DNA from: an uncultured delta proteobacterium
Lineage (GTDB): Bacteria; Myxococcota_A; Polyangia; Haliangiales; Haliangiaceae
Length of the DNA stretch: 64,000 nucleotides
NCBI GenBank assembly: GCA_963848295.1
Contig: CAWKDB010000002.1
Coordinates: forward strand, 128,001-192,000
Direction of reading: 5' to 3'
Positions 54,060-64,000 of the stretch are shown one piece after another (the stretch's first letter is position 1; every line of letters begins with the position of its first letter). Below the pieces are notes generated by a model. The model did no database searches. It was not told where the DNA came from and saw only the letters and a list, made by a program, of their open reading frames with translations. The position numbers and the translations under genes are program-made.

Positions 54060-54667
54060 TTGTCACGCAACAAGCTCGACGATCGCTCCAACCGGCGCGA
54101 TCGCGTTTCATCGCAAGGCAAGCGCGAGGGCTTCCTCGCGCGCGCGGTGTACAAGCTCGCCGAGCTCGACGACAAGCATGCGATCTTCAAGCCTGGACAG
54201 CGCGTCCTCGATCTCGGCTGCTCGCCGGGCTCGTGGCTGCAATACGCGCGCAGCAAGGTCGGCCCGACCGGCATCCTCGTCGGGCTCGATCGCGGGCCGT
54301 TGCGCGCTGAGACCAGCGGCGCGCGGATCGAGGTCGGCGACGTGATGACGATCGATCCAGCGGTGCTCAAGGGCGACCTGAGCGGCGTTCGACGTCGTGC
54401 TGTCGGACATGGCACCCGACACGACCGGGATTCGCAGCCTCGACCAGGCGCGGAGCGAAGCGCTGTTCGAGCGCGCACTCGAGCTCGCGACGCTGATGCT
54501 CGCGCCCGGCGGCAACTTCGTCGGCAAGCTGTTCCAAGGCCCGGACTTCAAGCGGCTGATCGAAGCGGTGCGCGCGAGGTTCGAGGTCGGCAAGAGCGCG
54601 AAGCCCGAGTCGAGCCGTCAGATCTCGATCGAGCAGTACGTGATCGGTAAGGGCGAAGAAGCGATGA
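54060..54667 (+). CDS. rlmE: 23S rRNA Um2552 methyltransferase RlmE/FtsJ (frameshifted)
   Basis: [40 protein letters not shown]. Confidence 0.88.
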
Positions 54668-55363
54668 CGCTGCGCCTCGTCATCGACCCGTGGGGCGAGC
54701 CCGCGCCGCGCAAGATCCAGCAGGCGATCGACGCGTTGCACGCCGGTGGCGTCGCGGCCTACCCGACCGATTCGATCTATGCGCTCGGCTGCGCGCTCGA
54801 AGCGCGCGATGCGATCGAGCGGATCTTTCGCGCGAAGCAAATGAACAAGAACCAGCGGCTCGCGCTGATCTGCCCGGACCTGTCGACCGCGTCCGAGTTC
54901 GGCATGTTCTCGCAGACCGCGTTTCGGCTCGCGCAGCGGATCTTCCCCGGCCCGTACACGCTGGTCGTGCCGGCGACCCGCGCGGTGCCGCGCACGCTCA
55001 CCGATCACAAGCGGCGCACCGTCGGCATCCGCGTGACCAGCCATCCGATCGCGCAAGCCCTGGCACGGGGGCTCGGGCGGCCGCTGCTGACGTCGAGCGC
55101 GATCGTGCCCGAGAGCCACGAGCCGTGTCGCGACGCGGACGAGATCCTCGAGGCTTTCGGCAACGCGCGTCGACGTCGTGATCGATGCGGCGCAGACGCC
55201 AGCGGAGCCGTCGACCGTGATCGAGGTCGACGGCGAGGAGATCCGCCTGCTGCGCCAGGGCCAGGGCCCGGTCGAGGGCCTGTTCGAGATCGAAGAGGTC
55301 GCCGCGCCCGCGGCGGCTGGTGGCTCGCGGCGCCGCGCGTCGCGCGTCGCGCTAAGAAATTGA
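54664..55363 (+). CDS. Sua5/YciO/YrdC family protein (frameshift near 55170)
   Basis: [41 protein letters not shown]. Confidence 0.85.
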
Positions 55364-55519
55364 TCACTTGATCAACAGGCGACAGGCAACAGGCAGTGCC
55401 TGAGGATTGCACGGCATCCGGTATTCGGATCCAGAGGATCCATGGCGGCGGCCCGGCCCCATCCCTTCCGTCGTTGCCTGTTGCCTGTTGCCTGCTGCCT
55501 GTTGATCAGTTGATCAATT
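55358..55519. mobile_element. MITE-like element with ~40-bp imperfect terminal inverted repeats containing CAGGCAA-like heptamers
   Basis: Left aattgatcacttgatcaacaggcgacaggcaacaggca versus reverse complement of right aattgatcaactgatcaacaggcagcaggcaacaggca. Confidence 0.5.
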
Positions 55520-55535
55520 CGCCGGAACACGGAAA

Positions 55536-58328
55536 TCAATGATGGTGATGATGGTGCTCCGGCGCGGCCGGCGCACCGGGCGCGGGCGCCGCACCTTCAC
55601 ACTTGTCCGGGACGGCGAGCGTCGCGGGCAGCTTCGGGTCGATCATGGCGGCCACCCGGCCGACTTCACACGGCGGCGTGATCTTGTCCTTGATCTCCTC
55701 GAGGTAGGCCTGCGCTTGCTTCTTGTCGTCCTCGGTCACGGTCTTGCGGGCGACGAGCGCCTCGGCTCGCGTCAGCTTCGCGGCGGGCGTGAACGCCGCT
55801 TCTTCCTTGCTGACCGCATCGATCATGTCGAGCGCCGCGTCGGGATCGTTCTTCGCCAGCAGGATCTTCGCATCGAGCGCCCGCGCCGGCAGGTAGCCGG
55901 AGTTCGCCTTGAGCGCTGCGTCGATCTGTTTTTGCGCGCCGTCGACGTCTTTCGCCGCGAGCAAGATGTCGGCGAGCGCGGTGTGCGTGCGGTAGGCGAG
56001 CGGGTTCGGCGACTCTTCGGTGATGTCGGTGAGCGCTTGCTCGAGCTGGGGTTGCGCGTCCTTGTTGTCGCCGACCATCCAGTAGCCCATGCCGAGCGCG
56101 TGGCGGCCGAGCTTGCTCTTCGCTCTGCGGGCGAGCTTCTCGAGCGCATCGGCGGCGGCCGCGCGTTCCTTGTCGGTGCTCGCGACGAGCCGCGCTTCTT
56201 CGCGCAGGATCTGAGCCTCGAGGTTGTCCGGCGCCTTCTTGAGGATCTCGTCGGCGTCGGCCATCGCGTCTTTCGGCTTGTTGAGATCGAGCTCGGCGTA
56301 GGCGCGCAGCAAGCGCTGGCGCACCCCATCGATCTTCGACGCGGTATCGAGCGCGCGATCCGGCAGGCCACGCGCGAGGTACAGGCCGGCATCGACGAGG
56401 GTCACGCTCGGATCGGGCTCGGCGTCCGACTTGCCCGGTGCGGTCGGATTCTTGGGATCGATGTGAACCGTGCCGTAGTACGCGACCTTGTTGCGGGCGG
56501 TCGCGGCGAAGGCGAACTCGCCGCGCGTCAGGTAGACCCACGCGACGCGTGACCAGAACCGCGGCTCGATCGGCGGCTTGTTCGCGACCGCTTTCGCGAG
56601 CGCTTCGGCCGAGTGCGTATAGTCCTCGATCCCGGCTTGCGCGAGCGCGAGCGCGAGGAACCGATACGATGCGACGCGCGGCCCGAGCTTCTTGTCGAGC
56701 TTGACGTTGAGATCGTCGATCGCCTCGTCACCCTGCACGGATGACTCGGCGCGGGCGAGCGCACGGCCGACGAGCGCGAGCGGATGATCCTTGGACTTCG
56801 CGAGCACCTTCTCGTACAGCGCGAGGCCATCGTCGAGCTGGCCATCGTCGATCATCAGATCGGCTTCATCGATCATCGCGACCGTGAGGCCGCCATCGCC
56901 CTCGGCGGCGGCCCGCAGCGCCGCGCTCGCCGCCTTGCGCTCACCGGCCGCCAGCATCGCGCGCGCCTTGAGCCAGTGCGCCCACTTGTCGCCGTCGTTC
57001 TTCGCGAGGAACTCGTCGAGCTTCGTGCGCTCGTTGGCGAGCGCGGTCGCAGCATTATCGTTCGTACCGAGCTTCGCGAGCTCGACCGCGGCCCTTCCGA
57101 TCACGACCTCGCGCCAGCCCGGATCTCCCGGCTTGAGCGCGCCCGTGGTGCCCTTGATCGCTTCGGTCGCGAGGCCCGGATCGAGGCCGTAGAGCAGCGA
57201 CTCGAGCCCGCCGCTCTGCGCGAAGTCCGCGATCGACACGACGTTCGCCGGATCGATCTTGAGCGCCTCTTGCAGCTTGCTGAGGCTGAGCTCGAACCCG
57301 GCGAAGTCGCCGTTGGCGATCGCCTGCGTCGCATCTTTCTGCAGCTTCGCGATCGCGTCGGCCTTCTGCTTCTCGCTCCAGAAGTACCAGGTGGTGCCGC
57401 CGCCGAGGCCGAGCACGAGGACCACGAACAAGAAGATGAACGATCGCCGGGTCGAGCGTCCCCAGCGGCGATCCGGCCGCAGGTCGTACTCGGCGTCGGC
57501 CACGCGCACGCCCGCGACCTCGAGCAGGCCGCCGGTCAGCAGGTCGTTGAGGTAGTTCTCGCCGACCGCGGCGGATTGCCGCAGCGAGGCCGCGGCTGCG
57601 TTCTGGGGCTTCGCGCCGGAGATCACGCGTGGTCGGACGCCGTCGATATTCACCGGCGGCGGCGCGGTCGGCTTGTGGCCACGGCTCTGGTCGGGTGCGA
57701 GCCCGCTCGGCTGCGGCGCCGGCGCGATCGGCGCGGGCTGTGCGGCCATCGGGGCGCTGCGCGGGGCCTTCGGCGGCGGCGGCGCGGCCGCGGGCGCGGG
57801 CCTCGGCGGCGCAGACCTCGGCGGCGTGCGCGCGATCGGGGCCTCGTTCTCGGTCTCGCCGCGCGGCGGGACCGGGGTGGGAATCGGCGGAGCCGAGTCG
57901 AGCGTCTGGCCGGAGCGCGCGCGCTTGAGCATCGACAGGATCGCCGGGCTGGTCGGATCGAGGTTCTGCGCGTGCTGGAGCACCGGCACCGCGCGCTCGA
58001 AGTCGCTCCGCCTGAGCAACACCTCGCCGAGCAGCGCGAACCCGACCCGATTCGACTTGTCGACCTTGACGACCCGGAGCAGCTCGCCCTGGGCCTCTTT
58101 CCATTGATGGAGCGAGGCATGGGCCCGCGCGACCATCACGCGCCCTTCGAGGCTGTCCGGAGCGGCCTCGAGGCCGATCGTGCCGACCCCGATCGCGTCC
58201 TTGGGACGGCCGAGGGCCAGGTACGCTTCACCGAGGTCGATGAACGCCGGTGACGAGGGGTCACGGCGCACCAAGTCGATGAGCTCCTCGATTTCTTGAG
58301 CCGTTGGCCGGCGATCGGTATCGACCAT
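55536..58328 (-). CDS. TPR-repeat bitopic membrane protein ending in His6
   Basis: N-terminal TPRs, Pro-rich linker, TM helix, C-terminal TPRs, PEHHHHHH stop. Confidence 0.85.
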   Translation of the reverse strand: MVDTDRRPTAQEIEELIDLVRRDPSSPAFIDLGEAYLALGRPKDAIGVGTIGLEAAPDSLEGRVMVARAHASLHQWKEAQGELLRVVKVDKSNRVGFALLGEVLLRRSDFERAVPVLQHAQNLDPTSPAILSMLKRARSGQTLDSAPPIPTPVPPRGETENEAPIARTPPRSAPPRPAPAAAPPPPKAPRSAPMAAQPAPIAPAPQPSGLAPDQSRGHKPTAPPPVNIDGVRPRVISGAKPQNAAAASLRQSAAVGENYLNDLLTGGLLEVAGVRVADAEYDLRPDRRWGRSTRRSFIFLFVVLVLGLGGGTTWYFWSEKQKADAIAKLQKDATQAIANGDFAGFELSLSKLQEALKIDPANVVSIADFAQSGGLESLLYGLDPGLATEAIKGTTGALKPGDPGWREVVIGRAAVELAKLGTNDNAATALANERTKLDEFLAKNDGDKWAHWLKARAMLAAGERKAASAALRAAAEGDGGLTVAMIDEADLMIDDGQLDDGLALYEKVLAKSKDHPLALVGRALARAESSVQGDEAIDDLNVKLDKKLGPRVASYRFLALALAQAGIEDYTHSAEALAKAVANKPPIEPRFWSRVAWVYLTRGEFAFAATARNKVAYYGTVHIDPKNPTAPGKSDAEPDPSVTLVDAGLYLARGLPDRALDTASKIDGVRQRLLRAYAELDLNKPKDAMADADEILKKAPDNLEAQILREEARLVASTDKERAAAADALEKLARRAKSKLGRHALGMGYWMVGDNKDAQPQLEQALTDITEESPNPLAYRTHTALADILLAAKDVDGAQKQIDAALKANSGYLPARALDAKILLAKNDPDAALDMIDAVSKEEAAFTPAAKLTRAEALVARKTVTEDDKKQAQAYLEEIKDKITPPCEVGRVAAMIDPKLPATLAVPDKCEGAAPAPGAPAAPEHHHHHH

Positions 58329-58410
58329 GGAGCCGCCGATCCAGGGTAACCCAGCCGGGGCGGCTACGGCAAATGGCGCCCGGTCATCTTAAGCCGGATA
58401 CACTGCGCGG

Positions 58411-59487
58411 GTGGGAAGCAGCTACGGCGTGCTGTTCCGGATCACGACGTTCGGCGAGTCGCACGGGCCCGCGCTCGGCGTCGTCGTCGATGGTTGCCCG
58501 GCGCGCCTGCCGATCGATGTCGGACAGATCCAGACCGAGCTCGACCGTCGCCGACCCGGGCAGTCGCGGCTGACGAGCCCGCGCAAGGAAACCGACCACA
58601 TCGAGATCTTGTCGGGAGTGCTCGACGGCGTCGCCCTCGGCACCCCGATCGCGATGACCGTCCGCAACGAGGACGCTCGGGGCAAGGATTACGAGGCGAT
58701 CGCGCGCGCGTATCGGCCGAGCCACGCGGACTACACGTACGACGCGAAGTACGGTGTCCGCGCCGTCGCCGGTGGCGGTCGGGCGAGCGCCCGCGAGACG
58801 CTCGGCCGGGTCGCCGGCGGGGCGATCGCGCAGCAGCTGCTCGCTCGCGCCGGCGTGCAGATCGTCGCGTGGGTCGACGAGGTCGCGGGGATCGCGGCGA
58901 GCGTCGACAGCGCGGCGGTCTCGCGCGTCGCGGTCGACGGCAACGAGATCCGCTGTCCCGATCCCGCGGTCGCGGCGCAGATGATCGAGCGCGTCGAGCG
59001 TGCCCGCAAGGATGGCGATTCGGTCGGCGGCGTGATCCGCGCGGTCGCGCGGGGCGTACCCGCGGGCTGGGGCGAGCCTGTGTTCGACAAGCTCGACGGC
59101 GAGCTCGCGAAGGCGATGATGAGCATCCCCGCGGTCAAGGGCGTCGAGGTCGGCTCGGGCTTCGCTGGCACGCTCCTGACCGGCAGCGAGCACAACGACT
59201 TGTTCTACCGCCGGCCCGACGGCGCGATCGGCACGCGGACGAATCGCTCCGGCGGGATCCAGGGCGGCATCTCGAACGGCGAGCCGATCGAGCTGCGCAT
59301 CGCGTTCAAGCCGACCGCGACGATCATGCGCGCGCAGGACACGGTCGATCGCGACGGCAATCCGACCGTGCTCGAGCCGAAGGGCCGCCACGATCCGTGC
59401 GTACTGCCGCGCGCGGTGCCGATCGTCGAGGCGATGTTCGCGCTCGTGCTCGCGGATATGCATCTGCGGCAGCGCGCGCGCGGTTAG
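58411..59487 (+). CDS. aroC: Chorismate synthase
   Basis: [35 protein letters not shown]. Confidence 0.97.
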   Translation: MGSSYGVLFRITTFGESHGPALGVVVDGCPARLPIDVGQIQTELDRRRPGQSRLTSPRKETDHIEILSGVLDGVALGTPIAMTVRNEDARGKDYEAIARAYRPSHADYTYDAKYGVRAVAGGGRASARETLGRVAGGAIAQQLLARAGVQIVAWVDEVAGIAASVDSAAVSRVAVDGNEIRCPDPAVAAQMIERVERARKDGDSVGGVIRAVARGVPAGWGEPVFDKLDGELAKAMMSIPAVKGVEVGSGFAGTLLTGSEHNDLFYRRPDGAIGTRTNRSGGIQGGISNGEPIELRIAFKPTATIMRAQDTVDRDGNPTVLEPKGRHDPCVLPRAVPIVEAMFALVLADMHLRQRARG

Positions 59488-59789
59488 ACCCGCACGCAGC
59501 GCCCCGCGCAGACCTTCAGCTCCCAGCCGTGGCGCGCGCACACGATCGTCTCGCCGACGACGTAGCCGTCGCTGATCCGGCCGCCGTCGTGCGGGCACTC
59601 GTCGTCGACGACCACGACCTTGCCGCTGGTCAGCCGCGCGATCGCCACGAACCGGCCGCGGTCGCGCGCTCCGATCACGCCGCCGGCGGGAAGCGTCGCC
59701 AGATCGACGTCGCCGAGCTCGCGCGGCGCCGGCTCGCGCTCGGGGTCGTACCCGAGCTCGTCGACGAGACGCGCCGCGATCGTGGCCAT
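59484..59789 (-). CDS. Rieske 2Fe-2S ferredoxin
   Basis: CPH...CARH ligand motifs. Confidence 0.8.
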   Translation of the reverse strand: MATIAARLVDELGYDPEREPAPRELGDVDLATLPAGGVIGARDRGRFVAIARLTSGKVVVVDDECPHDGGRISDGYVVGETIVCARHGWELKVCAGRCVRV

Positions 59790-59903
59790 GTCAGCGACGG
59801 TAACGGCTGGATCTGACGCCGGCCGGCCGCGTCGCTCGAGCGGTACGCCGCAAGTTGCTGCAATTCTTGCCGTCGTCGGAGATCTCCACTAACGTGGGCC
59901 AAC

Positions 59904-60857
59904 GTGGCGGCGGTCCTCGTCCACATCGACCTCGACGACGAGCGTCCGCTTCCGGCATCGCTGGTCGCGCTCGCCGCCGGGCGTGACATCGCCTCGTCGT
60001 GGGGCGCGACGCTGTACGCCGCGGTGATCGTGCACGACTCGGGCGAGCGGTCACCCGCCGACTCACTCGCCGCCGCGAACGTTCCGGGCCTCGGCGCGAT
60101 CGAGAGCGCGCTCGCGCGCGCCGGCGCCGACAAGGTCGTCGTCGCGACCACGGATGCGCCGATCTCGCCGCTGTGGGAGACCGTCGGCGGCGCGTGGCAG
60201 CGCGTGATCAGTCAGCTGCGACCGCGCCTCGTGTTGTTCGGGGCGGATGCGCCTTCGGCGCCGGAGCTCGCGCCGCGCACCGGCGCACGCATCGGCGCGC
60301 GCTTGCTCGCCCGGGCGCGCGCGATCGGCATCGACGATGTCGAGCTCCGCGATCGCGACGGCGGCTACGCGCGGATCGGCGACACCGGCGCGGTGGTCGC
60401 GATGATCGGCGGCCGGGCTGGCGCGCTGGCCGGCGACGATGATGTCGATCTCGTCGCGATTCCCGATCCGGACGATGCGCCGTGGAGGATCGAGCTCGGC
60501 GGCTCGCGCGCGGCCGACATCGTCCACGTCGGCGGCGTCGTGATCGCGATCGGAGACGACGTCGCGGGCGATCCGCACATCGTCGCGAGCGCGCGCCGGC
60601 TCGCGGATGCGCTCGGCGGTCAGCTCGTCGGCAATCGCGGCGGCCGTGCGATCGTGCCGGCCGGGTCGATCGTCGAACGCGCCACACCGCTCGCGCCGGA
60701 CCTGTGCGTGACGCTCGGCGCCGCGCAGCTCGATCTCGCGGGCTCGACGAGCCTGGTCCGGATCGGCGTCGGCGCCGGCCGCACCGCCGATGGCGCCCTG
60801 CCCGGTCCGGTCGGCCCCGCGCTCGACGCGTTGCTCGACGCGTTGGAGGCGATGTGA
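59904..60857 (+). CDS. Degenerate electron transfer flavoprotein alpha-like protein
   Basis: AGADKVVV, PRLVLFG, ELAPRTGARIG, LADALGG, APDLCVTLG; canonical FAD motifs eroded. Confidence 0.55.
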   Translation: MAAVLVHIDLDDERPLPASLVALAAGRDIASSWGATLYAAVIVHDSGERSPADSLAAANVPGLGAIESALARAGADKVVVATTDAPISPLWETVGGAWQRVISQLRPRLVLFGADAPSAPELAPRTGARIGARLLARARAIGIDDVELRDRDGGYARIGDTGAVVAMIGGRAGALAGDDDVDLVAIPDPDDAPWRIELGGSRAADIVHVGGVVIAIGDDVAGDPHIVASARRLADALGGQLVGNRGGRAIVPAGSIVERATPLAPDLCVTLGAAQLDLAGSTSLVRIGVGAGRTADGALPGPVGPALDALLDALEAM

Positions 60858-61510
60858 CGATCGCGGTGTGGCTCGGCTCGGCCGCGCCGTTGCGCTCGGT
60901 GCGCTGGCTCGACGGTGCGCTCGCCGCCGCCGCGCGGCTCGGGCCTGCGACCGCGATCGCGGCCGGCGACGCGACCTGGCTCGAGCTCGCGGCCGATCGC
61001 GCGGCGCGCGCGCGCTGCGCCTGCATCGGCGTACCGACCGAGCTCAAGCTCGACTACCTCGGCTGGGCCCAGATCGTCGCCGCGGTCGCGCGCGAGCTCG
61101 GCGCCGCGACGATCCTCGTCGACGAAGCGAGCCGGCCGGAACGCGCACCCGAGGTCGGCGCGATCGCCGAGCTGCTCGATGTCGCGCAGTTGACCCGCGC
61201 GGTCGCGCTGTGGGCCGAGGGCGCGCTGCTCCACGCGAGCCGTGCGGTAGGATCGTCGCTCGACACGGTGAAGCTACGCGGCCCGGCGGTGATCGGCGTG
61301 CGGCTCGCGGCCGCGGCGCTCGACGAGTATCCGACGCCCGCGCCCGCGGTCGCGCTGCGCCGCATGGATCTCACCGCGCTCGGCCTCGATCCGAACGTGC
61401 TCGCGCATCGCGCGTTGCCGCCGCGGGTGGCGCAACCACCGCGCGATACGGCCGCGAAGGTCGCCGAGCACCTCATCACCCACATCGTCCGCCAGGCGAG
61501 CGAGGCCTGA
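60854..61510 (+). CDS. Degenerate ETF beta-like protein
   Basis: LDYLGWAQIVAA, VGAIAELLDVAQLT, LRGPAVIGV; GTGA overlap with the previous stop. Confidence 0.5.
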   Translation: MTIAVWLGSAAPLRSVRWLDGALAAAARLGPATAIAAGDATWLELAADRAARARCACIGVPTELKLDYLGWAQIVAAVARELGAATILVDEASRPERAPEVGAIAELLDVAQLTRAVALWAEGALLHASRAVGSSLDTVKLRGPAVIGVRLAAAALDEYPTPAPAVALRRMDLTALGLDPNVLAHRALPPRVAQPPRDTAAKVAEHLITHIVRQASEA

Positions 61511-61513
61511 GCC

Positions 61514-62932
61514 ATGGCCGCAGCCGCTGCCCAACTCGCGGTCGGCGTCATCGCACCGTCGCATCTCGCGGCGACCGCGCTCGAGGCACTCGAGGTGCGC
61601 GGCATCGAAGCGCGCGCGGTCGATGCGGGGGTCGAAGCGCGTGCGACCCGAGGCACCGACACCGGGATCATCGGCTGGGCACTCGATGCACCGCCGCCGC
61701 CGAAGCTCGCACTCGAGCTCGCCGCGACTTGCGCGCGCGCCGCCGCGGCCGGCCGCCCGGTGTGCTTGCTCGCCCCAGCGCCGCGAGGATCGGGCCGCAC
61801 CGCGATCGAGCGCGCCGCGACGCTGGCGTACCTCCGCGCTCATGGCGCCGCCTTGTGCCACGACGTGGACGTCTGGCTCGAAGCGATGGTCGCGCTCGTG
61901 CGGTTCGGATTGCCGTCCGGCCCGCGCTGCGCGGTGATCGCGCCCGCCGGGTCGTGGCTCGAGGCGCAGACTCAAGCGCTGTCGCTCGAGGCCGACCTCG
62001 TCGGCGCACGCCCGCCGGTCGTGGCCAAGGCCGACGATCCGACCGACGTCATCCTCTACGACGAAGCCGCCGGACCGCCGCCGGCAGGGCGATTCGCGAT
62101 CCCGGTCGTGCCGCGCGGCGAGCTCGTCGATCCGAAACGCCCGGCGTTGTTCGGAGTGCGCGCAGCGCTCGGCGCGATCGCGATCCTCGGTCGCGCGGCA
62201 CAACGCATCGCGATCGGCTTGGGCCCGGCCGACCCGAGCGCGACCGCGGAGCTCGCGATCGATGCCGCGCTGCTGGCGCGCAGCATCGCGAAGCACGGCC
62301 CCGAGCCGCGGCTCGGCGATCACGAGACGAAGTTGTTGCTGCGCGCTTACGGCGTGGCGATCACCCGCCAGACCGTCGCGACCACGCCGTCCGCGGCGGT
62401 CAAGGACGCGCGCAAGGTCGGGTTCCCGGTCGAGATCAAGCCGTGGGGCTTCGACGTCCCGAGCGAGCCGGCCGGCTGCCCGGTCGAGCGCGGGATCACG
62501 AGCGACGCGTTGGTCCGCCGTGGGTTCTCCGCCGTGCTCGCCGCCGCCGGCCGGTTGCCGACGACGACCGATGGCGGCGCGGTGATCGTGCGCGAAGCCC
62601 CTCCGCCCGGACGCGAAGTCTCGGCGACGTTCATCAAGCTGCCCGCGCTCGGCTGGACGGTCGTGCTCGACGTGCCTGGCGCGCCCGCGATCGCCGCCGC
62701 ACCCGCACCGTTGCGGCTGCTCGATGCCCAGGCCCTCGCCGCCACGCTCGTCGCCTCGCGCGCCGCGGATGCCGAGCCCGATCGCGCCGGCCTCGCGAAC
62801 TTGTTGCGCCGCGCCTCGCACCTCGTCGTCGACCTCGACACCCGGCTGACCAAGCTCGAGCTGTCGCGCATCGTCGTCGGCGCGCGCGGCTCGCGCACGC
62901 TCGTGATCGACGCATACGCCGAGCTGTCATGA
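61514..62932 (+). CDS. Degenerate ADP-forming acyl-CoA ligase-like protein (ATP-grasp C-terminus)
   Basis: HETKLLLRAYGV, KVGFPVEIK, GREV, APAPL, LVIDA. Confidence 0.6.
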   Translation: MAAAAAQLAVGVIAPSHLAATALEALEVRGIEARAVDAGVEARATRGTDTGIIGWALDAPPPPKLALELAATCARAAAAGRPVCLLAPAPRGSGRTAIERAATLAYLRAHGAALCHDVDVWLEAMVALVRFGLPSGPRCAVIAPAGSWLEAQTQALSLEADLVGARPPVVAKADDPTDVILYDEAAGPPPAGRFAIPVVPRGELVDPKRPALFGVRAALGAIAILGRAAQRIAIGLGPADPSATAELAIDAALLARSIAKHGPEPRLGDHETKLLLRAYGVAITRQTVATTPSAAVKDARKVGFPVEIKPWGFDVPSEPAGCPVERGITSDALVRRGFSAVLAAAGRLPTTTDGGAVIVREAPPPGREVSATFIKLPALGWTVVLDVPGAPAIAAAPAPLRLLDAQALAATLVASRAADAEPDRAGLANLLRRASHLVVDLDTRLTKLELSRIVVGARGSRTLVIDAYAELS

Positions 62933-63654
62933 AGGCGTGCGCGCTCGTGCTCGTGGTCGCGGCGTGCGGAGACAACTCCCGGGCGCCCGATCCGCTCGCC
63001 TACGACTGGGATGATCGGCGCGTGCTGTGCAGCCAGCCGATCGACGACTACGAGGTCCCGCTCGACTTCGGCCGGATCGACTTCGAGCTGTCGACCGCCG
63101 CGAAGAACGGCTACGTCGCGATCATGCATGCGCACGTCCCGACCGAGACGATCGCGCTCGCGACGCTCGAGCACGTCTTCGAGCTCGCCGATCACTACGA
63201 CCTGACGTACTTCACGTTTCGCGAGCTCGTGCCGAGCGCGACGCCGGTCGCCGGCCTCGCGTTCGCGTTCGACGACGACTCGCCCGATCAGTGGATGCTC
63301 GCGCGCGACATGCTGACCGCGCACGGCGCGAAGATCACGCTGTTCATCACGCGCTGGACCGAGATGACCGACGCCGAGCACGCCGAGATCGCGACGCTGC
63401 ACGGCGACGGCCACGACGTCGAGCCTCACACCGTCAACCATCTCCATGGAGCGGACTACGTCGCGCAATACGGCCTCGATGCGTACATGGCCGACGAGGT
63501 CTTGCCATCGTTCACCGCGCTGACCGATGCCGGCTATCCGACCCCGGTCGCGTTCGCGTATCCGTTCGGCGACCACACGCCCGAGATGGACGCGGCGATC
63601 TTGCCCTATGTCGATACGGTCAGGACGACGCCTGGGCCGTGCCCGAACTACTGA
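62929..63654 (+). CDS. Polysaccharide deacetylase family lipoprotein
   Basis: VAAC lipobox; FAFDD, HDVEPHTVNH, FAYPFG; ATGA overlap with the previous stop. Confidence 0.8.
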   Translation: MKACALVLVVAACGDNSRAPDPLAYDWDDRRVLCSQPIDDYEVPLDFGRIDFELSTAAKNGYVAIMHAHVPTETIALATLEHVFELADHYDLTYFTFRELVPSATPVAGLAFAFDDDSPDQWMLARDMLTAHGAKITLFITRWTEMTDAEHAEIATLHGDGHDVEPHTVNHLHGADYVAQYGLDAYMADEVLPSFTALTDAGYPTPVAFAYPFGDHTPEMDAAILPYVDTVRTTPGPCPNY

Positions 63655-63707
63655 CGAGGTTCAGACGTGTCCGTCGACGTCGACGTGACACGTGCACGTC
63701 CACGATC

Positions 63708-64000
63708 TCACTTCCTTGCTGCGGAAGCCGAGCCCGAACCCGCTGGCGCCTCGGCGACCTCGACGCTATCGCCGTCGATCAGCGACGGCACCGCGATCTT
63801 CACGATCTTCTCGTCGCCGGTCAGCCCGCCGCCGATCCACAGCGTCGCTCCGGTATCGCGCTCGATCACGATCTTCACGAAGTGGATCTTGTGCTCCGCA
63901 TCGACCGTGGCGACCCGAACGCCGGAGGCGTCGTTGTACAGCGCGGTCGAGGGAATCTCGACGACCCGGTGCGGGACCGAGAGCGTCACCTGAGCCTGCA
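63708..64000 (-). CDS. RND efflux periplasmic adaptor, C-terminal part (truncated by the window)
   Basis: IPSTAL...GLTGDEKIV...LIDGDSV. Confidence 0.7.
   Translation of the reverse strand, partial: QAQVTLSVPHRVVEIPSTALYNDASGVRVATVDAEHKIHFVKIVIERDTGATLWIGGGLTGDEKIVKIAVPSLIDGDSVEVAEAPAGSGSASAARK

Noticed and set aside
54397..55371. RlmE-YrdC fusion protein
   Set aside because: It arises within the frameshift-rich zone; an ATGA overlap at 54664-54667 indicates two genes
63665..63693. Intrinsic terminator (acgtgtc...gacacgt hairpin between convergent genes)
   Set aside because: The hairpin is present but has no U-tract on either strand, so support is too weak

Overview
High-GC bacterial DNA whose gene content (alpha-2-macroglobulin, PilZ, FHA, many lipoproteins, holB-PSP1-metG...tatD synteny) suggests Myxococcota or a related deltaproteobacterium (inference). 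Positions 0.8-16.7 kb hold a tightly coupled minus-strand Pfa/Hgl-like iterative type I PKS operon: ER-ER-KS-AT-ACP-KR, then KS-AT-DH-PPTase, a free ACP, two alpha/beta hydrolases, a GT1 glycosyltransferase and a membrane methyltransferase. A desaturase and cfa lie next to it, so this is probably a glycolipid system. A dispersed family of ~70-85 bp three-hairpin palindromic elements occurs at 5 loci (7 copies) with compensatory base changes, and it sits in frame inside genes, including the HolB zinc module. A second 57-bp palindromic unit is expanded 5 times inside an FGE-sulfatase gene. Other points: a WHIX-like amidase effector candidate next to an FHA protein and a 56-aa Tat-like ORF, three tandem PHI-1/EXORDIUM-like lipoproteins, a stand-alone rplC with its own promoter, a MITE-like inverted repeat, and a degenerate ETF/acyl-CoA ligase operon. 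The 51.5-55.2 kb segment has many frameshifts that are most likely sequencing errors. No rRNA, tRNA or CRISPR array was seen. All calls come from motif reading by eye; no searches were run.
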